Of a stretch of 60,722 nt of DNA, positions 9,532-19,036 are shown piece after piece (position 1 is the stretch's first letter; each line of letters begins with the position of its first letter). Source of the stretch: Nitrososphaerota archaeon (lineage in GTDB: Archaea > Thermoproteota > Nitrososphaeria_A > Caldarchaeales > Calditenuaceae). Location of the stretch: the NCBI GenBank assembly GCA_033581555.1, contig JAVQSZ010000003.1:118474-179195 (forward strand), written 5' to 3'. The translations under genes were made by a program, and so were the position numbers. The notes beneath the pieces are model-generated. The model was not told where the DNA came from. It searched no databases and saw nothing but the letters and a program-made list of their open reading frames with translations.

Positions 9532-12414
9532 TCACAACACGATCCCTGGCCTCAGGGGGACTGTCTGGAGGGCCTTCCTCTTGCTGTCGGGATTGAGGTA
9601 GTCGGCCTCAGCGACCTCCACGTCCGTTCCGAGCTCAGAGGCGATGTAGCCAGACTCTTCCAAGTACAGCGACCTCTCCCTCGTCATCACCGCCTCCACG
9701 ACCTCGACTGGGTAGCGCGTCAGGAGCTGTTGGACCGTGGACGCGAAGCGGGTGACGAGGCCAGCAGCCGCCCCCTTGTCCCTCAACCCTCGCGCCTCGA
9801 AGTCTCCGAGGTAAGCCCTCACGTCGATTCTGCCGGCGGATGCCTGTTCCTTAAGTATCCTGGCGTAGACTCGGAGGTACTCGTAGGGCGCGACCAGGAC
9901 CTTGAGCCGGTGCGGTGTGGCTCCGACTACCTTCGCGATGTTCCTGACGTCCTCGATCAGCTGGTCGATCAGCTCTTCCTCGAGTAGGGACTCCCCGCCA
10001 CCCTCCACCTCGACCGCCGGCCAGCTCGAGAGCGCGACGTAGCCCTCGTTCCCCAGGACTCTGTTCATCTCCTCCGCGGTGAAGGGTGCGAACGGCGAGA
10101 TGGCCTTAGCCCACGCCTCCAGGAATTCCTTCGCGGCCGGACCGAGCGAGCCCCTCCGCCTCCTGACGTAGCGCCTCCAGTCGTTGAGCAGTAAGTAGAG
10201 GGCCGTGTTGGCAGCGGTCCTGGTCTTCATCGACTCCATCGCCTCCTCGATCGTCCTGAGGTGGCCCTTGAGCCTCGCGAGCAGCCACCTGTCTGCCCTC
10301 GAGAAGTCTCGACCGACCTCCGCCCTCGAGACGTCCCTAGCGATCCCGATCAGCGCGTCGAGGGTCCTCCTGACGTCCGCGGCGTTCTTATCCCTCCAGT
10401 CCGGGTCGTCCATGTCCTCGGCGGCCAATAGCAACGTGAGCCTAGTCGCGTCGGCGCCGTACCTCGCGATCGCTGCCTTGATCGGGATGAAGTTCCCCTT
10501 GCTCTTGTGCATCTCCTGGCCTTCGACCCTCACCATCCCGTTCACCGCGATCCCCCTAGGCCACTTCTCGGGCGGGAAGAGGGCGACGTGTTGGAAGACG
10601 AAGAAGGTGAGGTGGTTCGGGACTAGGTCCTTCCCCGAGACCCTGAGGTCGACCGGGTACCAGTACTCGAACTCGCTCCTCATCCTCAGCAGCAGCTCTC
10701 GGTCCATCCCGACGGACCTCGAGACCGAATCCGGGTCTCCAACGCCCCTGAAGACGAAGTCGAGGACTTCCTTCGTCAGCTGGTCAGGTCTGACGAGCCC
10801 GAAGTTGAGGTAGTGGCTGATCGTGTAGAGGGCCATGTAGACCGTTGAGTCGCTGAGGGTCTCGACGATCCACTCCCTGTCGAAGGGCAGCTTCGTCCCG
10901 AGGCCGGTCTTCCTCGCGCAGGGCCAGTCCCTCAACCAGTCGACGACGTTCAGTACCCACTGCCTCACGCCCTCCGGAGAGAAGAACATCTCCCTCACGT
11001 GGGACCGCACCCTCTCCTTCCAGTCCTCGTCGGAATAGGCGATGAACCACTGGTCCTTGACGACCTTGACCACGCACTCGTCGCCGGATCTGCAGACGAC
11101 CTTCTCGGTCAGGTCGTAGAACCTCCACCCCCTTCCGAGCTCGATGAGCCTGGACTTGATCGCGTCCCTGGCCTCGCTGACCCTCATGCCGCCGACCTCG
11201 CCGCACCACTCCAGCATCACGCCCTTGTAGAACTCTTCGGAGTAGACCGTGGCCGTGAGCTCCTCGAGGCGCGGGTCTATCTGGTCCGCTATGCCCTCCG
11301 ACTCAACCACCTCGACGGCCGGCATCGGGCTGAGGCCCTCGGTCCTCGCGATCTGGATCGGCTCAATGCTCTCGAGGACGGTCGGCTCCAGCCCGTACTC
11401 CCTAAGGACCTCGGGGCTCCTCTTCAGGTCCCTCAGCGCGGCGTAGTCGTACGGAGCGTGCGCGGGGACGCTGTAGACGATGCCGGTGCCGACGTTCGGG
11501 TCGACGAAGGTGGCAGGAAGTACCAGCACCTCCTTTTCCGTGATCGGTACCCTCACCCTCCTCCCGACCAGCTCCCTGCCCATTAGCTTGCCGACCCGCT
11601 TCACGCCGTCGACCTGCTCCGCAAGCTTTTCCGCGGCCCTCTCGCTGACTATCAGTCTCGTCCCCAGCGCCTCGACGATCGAGTAGTCCGCGTCCGGCCT
11701 GACCCAGACGTTCGTCGCGCCGAAGATCGTCTCGGGCCTCAGCGTCGCAGCGGCGAGGTGAGCGTCGCCTGCGTCGAAAAAGACCAAGGTGAACTCGGTA
11801 GGGGAGACGCCCTCGCCCACGAGCCGGTCGTGGTCACCGGTGGGGCTCTGGCACGCTGGGCACCAGACGACGGGGTGGGACCCGGTCCTGACGAGCCCGA
11901 GCTCCCTCAGCGTGAGGTACTGCCACTCGACGAACCTGCTGTAGTAGGGGTGGAGGTCCGTGGTATAGAACTCCCTCCTCCAGTCCAGAGATAGGCCGAG
12001 GGCCTTGACGGTCCTCCTGTTCTCTTCGGTGTAGTGCCTGCAGACCTCGACCGGGTCGACGAACTTCGCGAGCGTCTCCTCCGGGACGCCGTCGACCTCC
12101 TTCAGGACCCAGATCAGGCGCTGGTCTCCCTTCCTCAGCCTATCGCTGATCCCCGCGACCGCCTCGCCGGTCCAGTGCCAAGCCCACGGAAACAAGACGT
12201 TGTAACCCTTCAACCTCTTGTAGCGAGCGTAGGCGTCGGCCCTCGAGGAGGCGAAGCAGTGGCCGACGTGGAGCGGTCCGCTCTGGTAGGAGTAAGGGAA
12301 GGTCACGAGGGCCTTGGGTCTTCCCGGGTCAGGGTCGGCGTTGAAGACTCCATCCTGGTCGTACCTCGTCGCCCAGTAGCGCTCGTACTCGACGGGCGAC
12401 TGGGGAGCAGTCAA
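9532..12414 (-). CDS. leuS: Leucine--tRNA ligase (archaeal type)
   Basis: TFPYSYQSGPLHVGH, ATLRPET editing domain, GKDLVPNHL, and EMHKSKGN at the KMSKS position. Confidence 0.95.
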   Translation of the reverse strand: MTAPQSPVEYERYWATRYDQDGVFNADPDPGRPKALVTFPYSYQSGPLHVGHCFASSRADAYARYKRLKGYNVLFPWAWHWTGEAVAGISDRLRKGDQRLIWVLKEVDGVPEETLAKFVDPVEVCRHYTEENRRTVKALGLSLDWRREFYTTDLHPYYSRFVEWQYLTLRELGLVRTGSHPVVWCPACQSPTGDHDRLVGEGVSPTEFTLVFFDAGDAHLAAATLRPETIFGATNVWVRPDADYSIVEALGTRLIVSERAAEKLAEQVDGVKRVGKLMGRELVGRRVRVPITEKEVLVLPATFVDPNVGTGIVYSVPAHAPYDYAALRDLKRSPEVLREYGLEPTVLESIEPIQIARTEGLSPMPAVEVVESEGIADQIDPRLEELTATVYSEEFYKGVMLEWCGEVGGMRVSEARDAIKSRLIELGRGWRFYDLTEKVVCRSGDECVVKVVKDQWFIAYSDEDWKERVRSHVREMFFSPEGVRQWVLNVVDWLRDWPCARKTGLGTKLPFDREWIVETLSDSTVYMALYTISHYLNFGLVRPDQLTKEVLDFVFRGVGDPDSVSRSVGMDRELLLRMRSEFEYWYPVDLRVSGKDLVPNHLTFFVFQHVALFPPEKWPRGIAVNGMVRVEGQEMHKSKGNFIPIKAAIARYGADATRLTLLLAAEDMDDPDWRDKNAADVRRTLDALIGIARDVSRAEVGRDFSRADRWLLARLKGHLRTIEEAMESMKTRTAANTALYLLLNDWRRYVRRRRGSLGPAAKEFLEAWAKAISPFAPFTAEEMNRVLGNEGYVALSSWPAVEVEGGGESLLEEELIDQLIEDVRNIAKVVGATPHRLKVLVAPYEYLRVYARILKEQASAGRIDVRAYLGDFEARGLRDKGAAAGLVTRFASTVQQLLTRYPVEVVEAVMTRERSLYLEESGYIASELGTDVEVAEADYLNPDSKRKALQTVPLRPGIVL

Positions 12415-12501
12415 TCCGTCTTCGAGGTCTCGGGTCCGTATATAATTGTGATACGCGCGACTGGGGCTCGACGGTGGTTCCGTGGAGCCTCGCAGGCCGG
12501 T

Positions 12502-13476
12502 TCAGCTCGAGGTACCGCGGCCGAGGAAGTGCTCCCAGCCCCTCGGCTCGACCTCGACCTCTTTGCCCTCCCAGACCGCCTTGATCTTGCCGTCGCCCGT
12601 GACCCTCCCGATGACGTGGAGCTCGCAACCGACTTCCGCGAGCCTCCTCCTCACCTCTCCCTCTTCATCCGGGTCGAAGGTGAAGACCAGCTCGTACTCC
12701 TCTCCGCCCTCGAAGACCAGTCGGTAGGGGTCTAGTCCGAAGGCCTCAGCGTACTCGACCGCGAGGTCATCGACCGGCGGCGAGTCGATCTCGAAGCCCA
12801 CGCCGTTGAGCTCCATCAGCTCCCTCAGGGAAGCGGCGAGTCCGTCGCTCGAGTCGATCATGGACCTCGCGTGCCCCGAGAGCGCGATCCCCTCCCTCAC
12901 CCTCGCGACCGGCCTGAGGAAGGTCTTGACGAGGGGACTCCAGCGCTCATCCGTGACCCCGTTCATCACCGCGTGAAGGCCCGCGGCCGTCCTCCCGAAC
13001 CTCCCCGTCGTGCCAACGAGCTGGCCGGCCTTCGCGCCTCGCCTCGGTACTGGCCGCTCCGCTGATCCGAGGGCGAAGACGCCAACGATCAGCTCCTTCG
13101 CCTCGTTCGTGTCGCCGCCCACGAGCGCAGCCGAGTACGCCTCGCACGCCTCCTCGATCCCCGACCAGAGCTCCTCGAACTCGTCGAACGACATGTCCGG
13201 CCTAAGTCCGAGCTCGACGTAGCAGAGGATCGGCCGCGCGCCCTTCGCGGCTAAGTCGCTGACGGAGGAGGTGACGGCCTTCCAGCCCGCGTCCCTGTAG
13301 CCCATGCCCCTCGGGACGTCGGTGCACTCGACCAACATGTCCCCAGTCAGGACGAGCCTACCCTGTCCTGGGAGGTCGACGCCGTCGTCACCCGCCCAGA
13401 GGTAGTCGCCGACCCTCTTCAGCCTTGGTAGGAGGTACCTCAGAAGGGCCCTCTCTCCGAGCTCGCTGAGCCGCAT
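12502..13476 (-). CDS. thiL: Thiamine-monophosphate kinase
   Basis: LSELGE, GDDG, SDLAAKGA, VGGDT, IDSSDGL, GGEEYEL. Confidence 0.92.
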   Translation of the reverse strand: MRLSELGERALLRYLLPRLKRVGDYLWAGDDGVDLPGQGRLVLTGDMLVECTDVPRGMGYRDAGWKAVTSSVSDLAAKGARPILCYVELGLRPDMSFDEFEELWSGIEEACEAYSAALVGGDTNEAKELIVGVFALGSAERPVPRRGAKAGQLVGTTGRFGRTAAGLHAVMNGVTDERWSPLVKTFLRPVARVREGIALSGHARSMIDSSDGLAASLRELMELNGVGFEIDSPPVDDLAVEYAEAFGLDPYRLVFEGGEEYELVFTFDPDEEGEVRRRLAEVGCELHVIGRVTGDGKIKAVWEGKEVEVEPRGWEHFLGRGTSS

Positions 13477-13557
13477 CCTCCGTTCCCTGCGTGGGTCGCT
13501 CCTATATCAGATGAGTGGGCGCAAGCGGTCGCGAATCCCGTCAGTTGTTAGGTATGC

Positions 13558-13572
13558 TACGTAACTTACGTA
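13558..13572. promoter_or_regulatory. Palindrome upstream of the pantothenate/CoA operon promoter
   Basis: TACGTAA-C-TTACGTA inverted repeat just upstream of GAAA-CTTAATTA (BRE/TATA-like, 13577-13588). Confidence 0.5.
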
Positions 13573-13610
13573 AACTGAAACTTAATTACGAAACGGATAT
13601 TGTGACTAAC

Positions 13611-14480
13611 GTGCAATCAATAGGCGATAGGACGCGGGTTCCAGCCCACGTCACCGGCTTCTTTGTGCCCCTGTGGAGCCCTGACCCTTTGAGGGCGGGG
13701 TCGATAGGTGCAGGGATCGTCTTGGAGCCGGGCGTGACCTGCGAGGCACGAAGGGGCTCGGGGAGGCTGCTGGTAAACGGCGAGCCGTTCAGGGGCGACA
13801 ACTTCAGGCGCCTGCTCGACGTCACCAGGGACTACGTCGTCAGGACCGGCCTTAAGCTCGGAGCGGGTTACGGGCTCAGCGCCTCGATCGCGCTGGCCTG
13901 CGCGTTGACCGACGCGGCCGAGAAGTCCTCCGACCCCCAGGAGGCCTTCAAGAGAGCCCACGTGACCGAGGTCGAGAACGTCACGGGCCTTGGTGATGTG
14001 TTGGCGCTCCACGCCGGAGCAGGGCTGGTCCTCCGGACGAGACCCGGCGCGCCCGGGATAGGCGAGTCGGAGGTCGTCGAGAACAGGGACGACGTGGTCG
14101 TGCTGACTTCGATGCTGGGCGAGATGTCCACCAAGGAGATGCTGACGAGGTTCGCGGACAGGATAAGGGAGCACGGGTGGGCCGCGTACCGGAAGTTCGT
14201 CTCCGACCCGACCCTCGAGAGGTTCCTCGAGTGCTCGAGGGAGTTCAGCAGGGGCGTGGGTTTCCTCACCGACCGGGTTGAGGCCGCGATGGGGCCCGTG
14301 GAAGACCTCGTCCTAGGGTACTCGGTGAAGAAGATGGTGCTCTTCGCGGTCGCGGAGGTCCGGTACGCGGAGGAGGTCGGGGAGCACATGAGGAGGGCCT
14401 TCGGGAACCTCGTGGTGTTGAGGCTCGGTGACGGCACTTGGTTGGCGTACCCAAGAGCCATCCGCGTTACGTCTCGCTGA
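13611..14480 (+). CDS. pok: Pantoate kinase (GHMP family)
   Basis: VPAHVTGFF, GSIGAG, GAGYGLSAS, AHVTEVENVTGLGDV; adjacent to PPS and panB. Start shortened to GTG 13611. Confidence 0.88.
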   Translation: MQSIGDRTRVPAHVTGFFVPLWSPDPLRAGSIGAGIVLEPGVTCEARRGSGRLLVNGEPFRGDNFRRLLDVTRDYVVRTGLKLGAGYGLSASIALACALTDAAEKSSDPQEAFKRAHVTEVENVTGLGDVLALHAGAGLVLRTRPGAPGIGESEVVENRDDVVVLTSMLGEMSTKEMLTRFADRIREHGWAAYRKFVSDPTLERFLECSREFSRGVGFLTDRVEAAMGPVEDLVLGYSVKKMVLFAVAEVRYAEEVGEHMRRAFGNLVVLRLGDGTWLAYPRAIRVTSR

Positions 14481-15214
14481 CCATCCGGGAGAGGCTCGTC
14501 GAGGGGTTCAGGAAGGGCATCGTGGTCCCAGAGGGCCTCATGGCCCACGGCAGGGGAGAGGCTTTCGACTACATCATCGGAGAGGTGACTCACGAGCCCG
14601 CGAGGAGGGCGGTGAGGGCAGCCGCGGCCCAGCTCCTCCTCTCGAGGAGGCCCGTGATCTCCGTTAACGGCAACACGGCCGCGCTGGTCGGCCGCGAGGT
14701 CGTGGAGCTTGCGAAGGAGCTGAACGCGCCGCTGGAGGTGAACCTGTTCTACTGGAGCAGGGATAGGGTCGAGAGGATCGGAGAGCTCCTGAGGTCTTAC
14801 GGCGCGACCGAAGTCCTCCTTCCCCTCGAGGACGTCGAGGAGATACCCGGGCTCGAGAGCGGCAGGCGCCTCGTCAGCAAGAAGGGGATATACTGTGCCG
14901 ACGCGGTGTTCGTGCCACTCGAGGACGGCGACAGGACCGAGAAGCTCGTGGCGATGGGGAAGGCGGTGATCGCGGTCGACCTGAACCCGTTCTCGAGGAC
15001 CGCGAGGGCCGCGACCATCACAATCGTCGACAACGTCGTCAGGGCAGTGCCGGAGCTGACGAGAGCGGTTAGGGAGCTGAGGTCCAGTCCCGAGGATGAG
15101 CTGAGGGGAATCTTGAGGAGCTTCGACAACTCGCTGAACCTCGCTCAAATGGTCTCGATCATCGCGAAGAGGCTCGAGTCGTTCGCGTCCTTTGGGGAGT
15201 CGCTGGGGGATTGA
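14438..15214 (+). CDS. pps: Phosphopantothenate synthetase (4-phosphopantoate--beta-alanine ligase)
   Basis: PKSHPRYVSL, AHGRGEAFDY, SVNGN, VPLEDGDR, DLNPFSRT. Confidence 0.92.
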   Translation: MVGVPKSHPRYVSLTIRERLVEGFRKGIVVPEGLMAHGRGEAFDYIIGEVTHEPARRAVRAAAAQLLLSRRPVISVNGNTAALVGREVVELAKELNAPLEVNLFYWSRDRVERIGELLRSYGATEVLLPLEDVEEIPGLESGRRLVSKKGIYCADAVFVPLEDGDRTEKLVAMGKAVIAVDLNPFSRTARAATITIVDNVVRAVPELTRAVRELRSSPEDELRGILRSFDNSLNLAQMVSIIAKRLESFASFGESLGD

Positions 15215-16071
15215 GGTTGGCTGAAAGGTCAGAGAAGCTGACCGCGAGGCACCTCGTCAAGATGAAGTCCAAAGGCCGGAGAATCGCGATGATCACGGCC
15301 TACGACTACCCGACCGCGGAGCTGGTCGACGAGGCCGGCGTTGACACGGTGTTGGTGGGCGATTCAGCCGCTATGGTCGTGCTCGGGTATCCGGACACGA
15401 GGTTCGTAGGTATCGAAGAGATGGTGACCTTCTGCAGGGCCGTAACGAGGGGCGTGAGGAGGGCTTTAGTCGTGGGCGACATGCCGTTCATGAGCTATCA
15501 GGTCTCAGCTGAGGAGGCCGTCAGGAACGCCGGCAGGCTGGTGAGGGAGGGTGGGGTCGACGCGGTGAAGCTCGAGGGCGGAAAGGAGTACGCGGAGGCG
15601 ATCAGGGCGATCGCGAGGGCTGGAATTCCGGTGATGGGCCACGTCGGCATGACGCCGCAGTTCTTCGTCACCAGCACGGGTTACAGGTTGCGAGGGAAGA
15701 GTGCCGAGGACGCGGAGGCGGTCGTGAAGGACGCTGAGGAGGTCGCGAGGGCGGGTGCGTTCAGCCTCGTGCTGGAGTTCGCGGTCTCCGAGGTGGCGGA
15801 GTACCTCTCCTCGACGCTGGAGATCCCGGTGATCGGCATAGGCGCGGGCCCGAAGTGCGACGGTCAGGTCCTCGTGCTCCACGACGTCATCGGCCTCTAC
15901 GAGCGCTCGCCTCCTTTCAGCAAGCGATACGCCGACGTGGGGTCCGTCGTCCTCAGCGCGGTCAGGAGTTACGTCGAGGAGGTGAAGGCGGGCTCGTTCC
16001 CCGGGCCTGAGCACACCGTGTCGATGGACCCCAAGGAGTGGGAGGAGTTCCTGAAGAGGGTAGGCCGTTGA
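15211..16071 (+). CDS. panB: 3-methyl-2-oxobutanoate hydroxymethyltransferase
   Basis: MITAYDY, LVGDS, DMPFMSY, VKLEGG, GIGAG, DGQVLV. Confidence 0.95.
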   Translation: MRLAERSEKLTARHLVKMKSKGRRIAMITAYDYPTAELVDEAGVDTVLVGDSAAMVVLGYPDTRFVGIEEMVTFCRAVTRGVRRALVVGDMPFMSYQVSAEEAVRNAGRLVREGGVDAVKLEGGKEYAEAIRAIARAGIPVMGHVGMTPQFFVTSTGYRLRGKSAEDAEAVVKDAEEVARAGAFSLVLEFAVSEVAEYLSSTLEIPVIGIGAGPKCDGQVLVLHDVIGLYERSPPFSKRYADVGSVVLSAVRSYVEEVKAGSFPGPEHTVSMDPKEWEEFLKRVGR

Positions 16072-16958
16072 CGAAGAACTGGTCCAACCTCGGCAACGAA
16101 GTCTACCTGATTGACACAGTGGGCCCCTTTTTCCCACGGACGATCGCGTCATACCTCGTGAGGTCTGAGAGGGGCTGGGTCCTCTTCGACACGGGTTACT
16201 CGAGCTCCGCGCGCCACGTCCTCAGGGCCGTCAGGGAGGTCGGCGTCCGGCCGGAAGAGCTTAGGCTGGTGGTGGTCACGCACGCCCACCTAGACCACTG
16301 CGGCGCGCTCGCGGAGGTCCTCGAGCATCACCCGAGGGCGAAGGCCCTCGTCCACGAGAGGGCGTACAGGTACATGGTCGACCCGGAGAGGCTCGTGGAG
16401 TCGGTGAGGTCGCTCTTCGGAGAGGAGAACCTCAGGAGGATGGGTGGGATGAGGGGCGTGCCCGAGGAAAGGGTCGAGGTGGTCGACGACGGCGCAGAGC
16501 TTCCGCTGGGCGACAGGACGCTCAGGATATTCTACACGCCCGGCCACGCGCCCCATCACCTCTCTGCCTCGATCGATCCCCTCAGGTACGTCGTGACCGG
16601 CGACGCCGTCGCCCACAGGTCGCCGCTCTTCCCGAGGCCCATTCCGCCCACCGTGCCGCCCCGCTTCGACCTCGAAAGTTACCTCAGGAGCCTGAAGAGG
16701 GTCTTTGAGCACGAGCCGAAGCTCCTGCTCAGGCCCCACTACGGCCCGGGCACGCCGCCCGAGAACGCCCTCGAGGACGAGGTGGAGGTCGTGACCAGGT
16801 GGATGGAAAGGGTGAGGCACCTGAAGGGGGAGCTGGGAGACCCGTTCTCGATAGGCTGGAGGATATTGGACGAGGACTTCGGAGGCCGCGACAAAGTCGT
16901 CTCGTACGTGAGGGATGCGGTCCGCGTCTTCGCTTTAGGTGCCTACCTCTCGCTCTGA
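16068..16958 (+). CDS. MBL-fold metallo-hydrolase
   Basis: THAHLDHCG, TPGHAPHH, TGD; TTG start overlaps the panB stop. Confidence 0.88.
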   Translation: MTKNWSNLGNEVYLIDTVGPFFPRTIASYLVRSERGWVLFDTGYSSSARHVLRAVREVGVRPEELRLVVVTHAHLDHCGALAEVLEHHPRAKALVHERAYRYMVDPERLVESVRSLFGEENLRRMGGMRGVPEERVEVVDDGAELPLGDRTLRIFYTPGHAPHHLSASIDPLRYVVTGDAVAHRSPLFPRPIPPTVPPRFDLESYLRSLKRVFEHEPKLLLRPHYGPGTPPENALEDEVEVVTRWMERVRHLKGELGDPFSIGWRILDEDFGGRDKVVSYVRDAVRVFALGAYLSL

Positions 16959-17086
16959 CGGCCAAGCGCCCTCCTGCCGATGGACTTGGCCTCCTCCCGG
17001 AGCGCCGCCTTGAACTCCTCAATCGACTTCTTGGTCTCGGCGATGAGGCGTTCGACCTCCCTCCTGAGCTCCGACTCAGCGCTCAC
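16943..17086 (-). CDS. Small coiled-coil protein, 47 aa (not in ORF track)
   Basis: Manual translation: MSAESELRREVERLIAETKKSIEEFKAALREEAKSIGRRALGRQSER; TTTAATA about 25 nt upstream; native GAG/AAG/AGG codon usage. Confidence 0.55.
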   Translation of the reverse strand: MSAESELRREVERLIAETKKSIEEFKAALREEAKSIGRRALGRQSER

Positions 17087-17190
17087 GATCCCCGACAAGC
17101 CCCCTCGGTATTAAACCCGAAAGCGTCCAGGTCGGAGCACGACGGACTTCACTCGAGGGCCGCGGCAAGGCGCCCAGGTCAAGAGTCTGG

Positions 17191-17829
17191 TCACCTGAGC
17201 CCGAGGAGGAAGCTCGCGGAGATCAGCAACAGGACCACGCCGCCGACCTTGGGGATGTAGCGCTCGTACCTCTTGATCCGGTGCTCTACTCGGTCGTATG
17301 TTTGTGCTGCGACGATCGTCACCCCGATGAGCCCCGCGGAGACCGAGAACGAGTAGGCCAGCATGAGCCCAACGGGGTCTATGCCGCCAACTGCGAGGGC
17401 CAGCAACACGAACTCCTCCTCGTGAGCGAAGCCCAAGACGAACGCCGCTGTTGCCAGCCCCTTCAGACCGATCAGCTCCGGGCTTCCTTCGCGACCGTGA
17501 CCTCCGTGTCCGTGGTGATGGGAGTCGCCGTCGCGCCCCTCCCTCGTCAAGAGCAGCTTTACTCCGAAACCCAAGAGGATGAGCCCGGCGACCACGTTCA
17601 CGTACGGAATGGAAACTGGGACGAAGGCCCTGAGGACGACGTAGACCAGCACCGCTGCCAGCGACGATATTATATGAAAGAACGATATGACAGAACTCCC
17701 GACAAGCGCCCTCAACGTGCGTCTCGAATCCCTGACTGCGTAGAGGATCGCGAGGGGCCAGCCATGGCCGGGCTCCAACCCGTGAAGCAGCCCGAGGGCG
17801 GCGACTGCGGCGTAAGTCGGCTCTATCAC
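17191..17829 (-). CDS. Nickel/cobalt transporter-like membrane protein
   Basis: LGLLHGLEPGHGWP, His-rich loop HHHGHGGH, LGFAHEEE. Likely GTG start 17829 after TTTATTAG. Confidence 0.7.
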   Translation of the reverse strand: MIEPTYAAVAALGLLHGLEPGHGWPLAILYAVRDSRRTLRALVGSSVISFFHIISSLAAVLVYVVLRAFVPVSIPYVNVVAGLILLGFGVKLLLTREGRDGDSHHHGHGGHGREGSPELIGLKGLATAAFVLGFAHEEEFVLLALAVGGIDPVGLMLAYSFSVSAGLIGVTIVAAQTYDRVEHRIKRYERYIPKVGGVVLLLISASFLLGLR

Positions 17830-18011
17830 CGGCCCCCAGCTCCTGGCCCAACTAATAAACAGGGGTGAGCGTTCGGGCACTCGACGTCAGAACGGGTGTG
17901 GTGAGGTTCCCGGGATCCACATCGCTTGACATTTCAAATACCACAAGCAGATCGCCGTTGGGCAAGGCATATTAATGAGTCGTGTCCGTTGTTACGCAGG
18001 TGTAGCGTCGT

Positions 18012-18488
18012 ATGAAGGTAAGGCTTCGCATACAGGTCCATAGGGACCTCGCCTACGAGCTCGAGGTCGAAGACTCGTCAGAACTCAAGCCCGAGGAGCT
18101 CCAGGAGGTACACAAGAGGGTTCTGGAGGCACTGGAGGGCATCAGGAAGCAGGCTCAGGCGACGCCCGCGCCCGAGATCGAGGGCTGGATCGACCTCACG
18201 GGAGAGGTCCCGCACATGGGCAAGCTCGCCAGGGAGCTTTCGCTCAAGGACCAGATACTTCTGGCCTACTACGCGTGGGACGCGAAGGGCAGGAAGCAGA
18301 TGAAGCCGATAGAGGTCTACGAGTTCCTCAGGAACGAAGGTTTTCCTGCGAACTATGGGAGTGTCATGGCGAGGATAACCGAGTTGACGAGGGAGGGCCT
18401 CTTGATCAGGGAGGGTGACGGGACCTACAGGCTGAGCAGGTTCGGGACCGAGAGGGCACAGGCCCTGACCTCCCCGAAGCCGACTTGA
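18012..18488 (+). CDS. Hypothetical protein with C-terminal winged helix
   Basis: SVMARITELTREGLLIREGDGTYRLS is a wHTH recognition helix plus wing. Confidence 0.7.
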   Translation: MKVRLRIQVHRDLAYELEVEDSSELKPEELQEVHKRVLEALEGIRKQAQATPAPEIEGWIDLTGEVPHMGKLARELSLKDQILLAYYAWDAKGRKQMKPIEVYEFLRNEGFPANYGSVMARITELTREGLLIREGDGTYRLSRFGTERAQALTSPKPT

Positions 18489-19036
18489 ACGCCCCGACCC
18501 TGATCAAGGTTCTCTCCGCGGTGAGCCTGGCGTCCACGGCCCTTTTAGCCGTCTACGCTCTGGCGGTCTACGGGTCGCTCCCCGAGCTGGTCGCAATAGA
18601 CTTCGACGCCGCAGGCAGGCCGACGAGGTACGCGCCGAAGTCCGAGCTCCTCACGGTACTCTACCTGCTGATCGGGGTCCTCGCGTCGGTCACGGCCCTC
18701 ATCTCAGTGATCTCGCTCAAACGGCACGTCATCGTCGAGCGTTACCCCTACCTCGTCAACCTTCCCGCGCTGGCGATTCTCCTGGGCAGGCTGCCTGAGC
18801 ACCTCAGGAGGCCCTATGTCGACAGGGTCTTCCTTCCCCTCCCGGCGGTCGGCGTAGTCCTGAACGCGGCGGTCTTCTTCCCGCTGGTCCACATGGTTCT
18901 GGAGGCCGCCAGGACCGAGTACTTCCCTCCGTTTCCCGTGGTCGCTGTCGTGTTGGCCGTTTCGCTCTCTGTAGCCCCTGCCATGATATTTTATTATCGG
19001 CGAATTTACAGAGAACTGAAGACGGTGGTCACTTAA
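18485..19036 (+). CDS. DUF1648/SdpI-like membrane protein
   Basis: YGSLPELVAIDFDAAGRPTRY resembles the DUF1648 motif; about 4 TM helices; 4-nt overlap with the wHTH gene. Confidence 0.65.
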   Translation: MNAPTLIKVLSAVSLASTALLAVYALAVYGSLPELVAIDFDAAGRPTRYAPKSELLTVLYLLIGVLASVTALISVISLKRHVIVERYPYLVNLPALAILLGRLPEHLRRPYVDRVFLPLPAVGVVLNAAVFFPLVHMVLEAARTEYFPPFPVVAVVLAVSLSVAPAMIFYYRRIYRELKTVVT

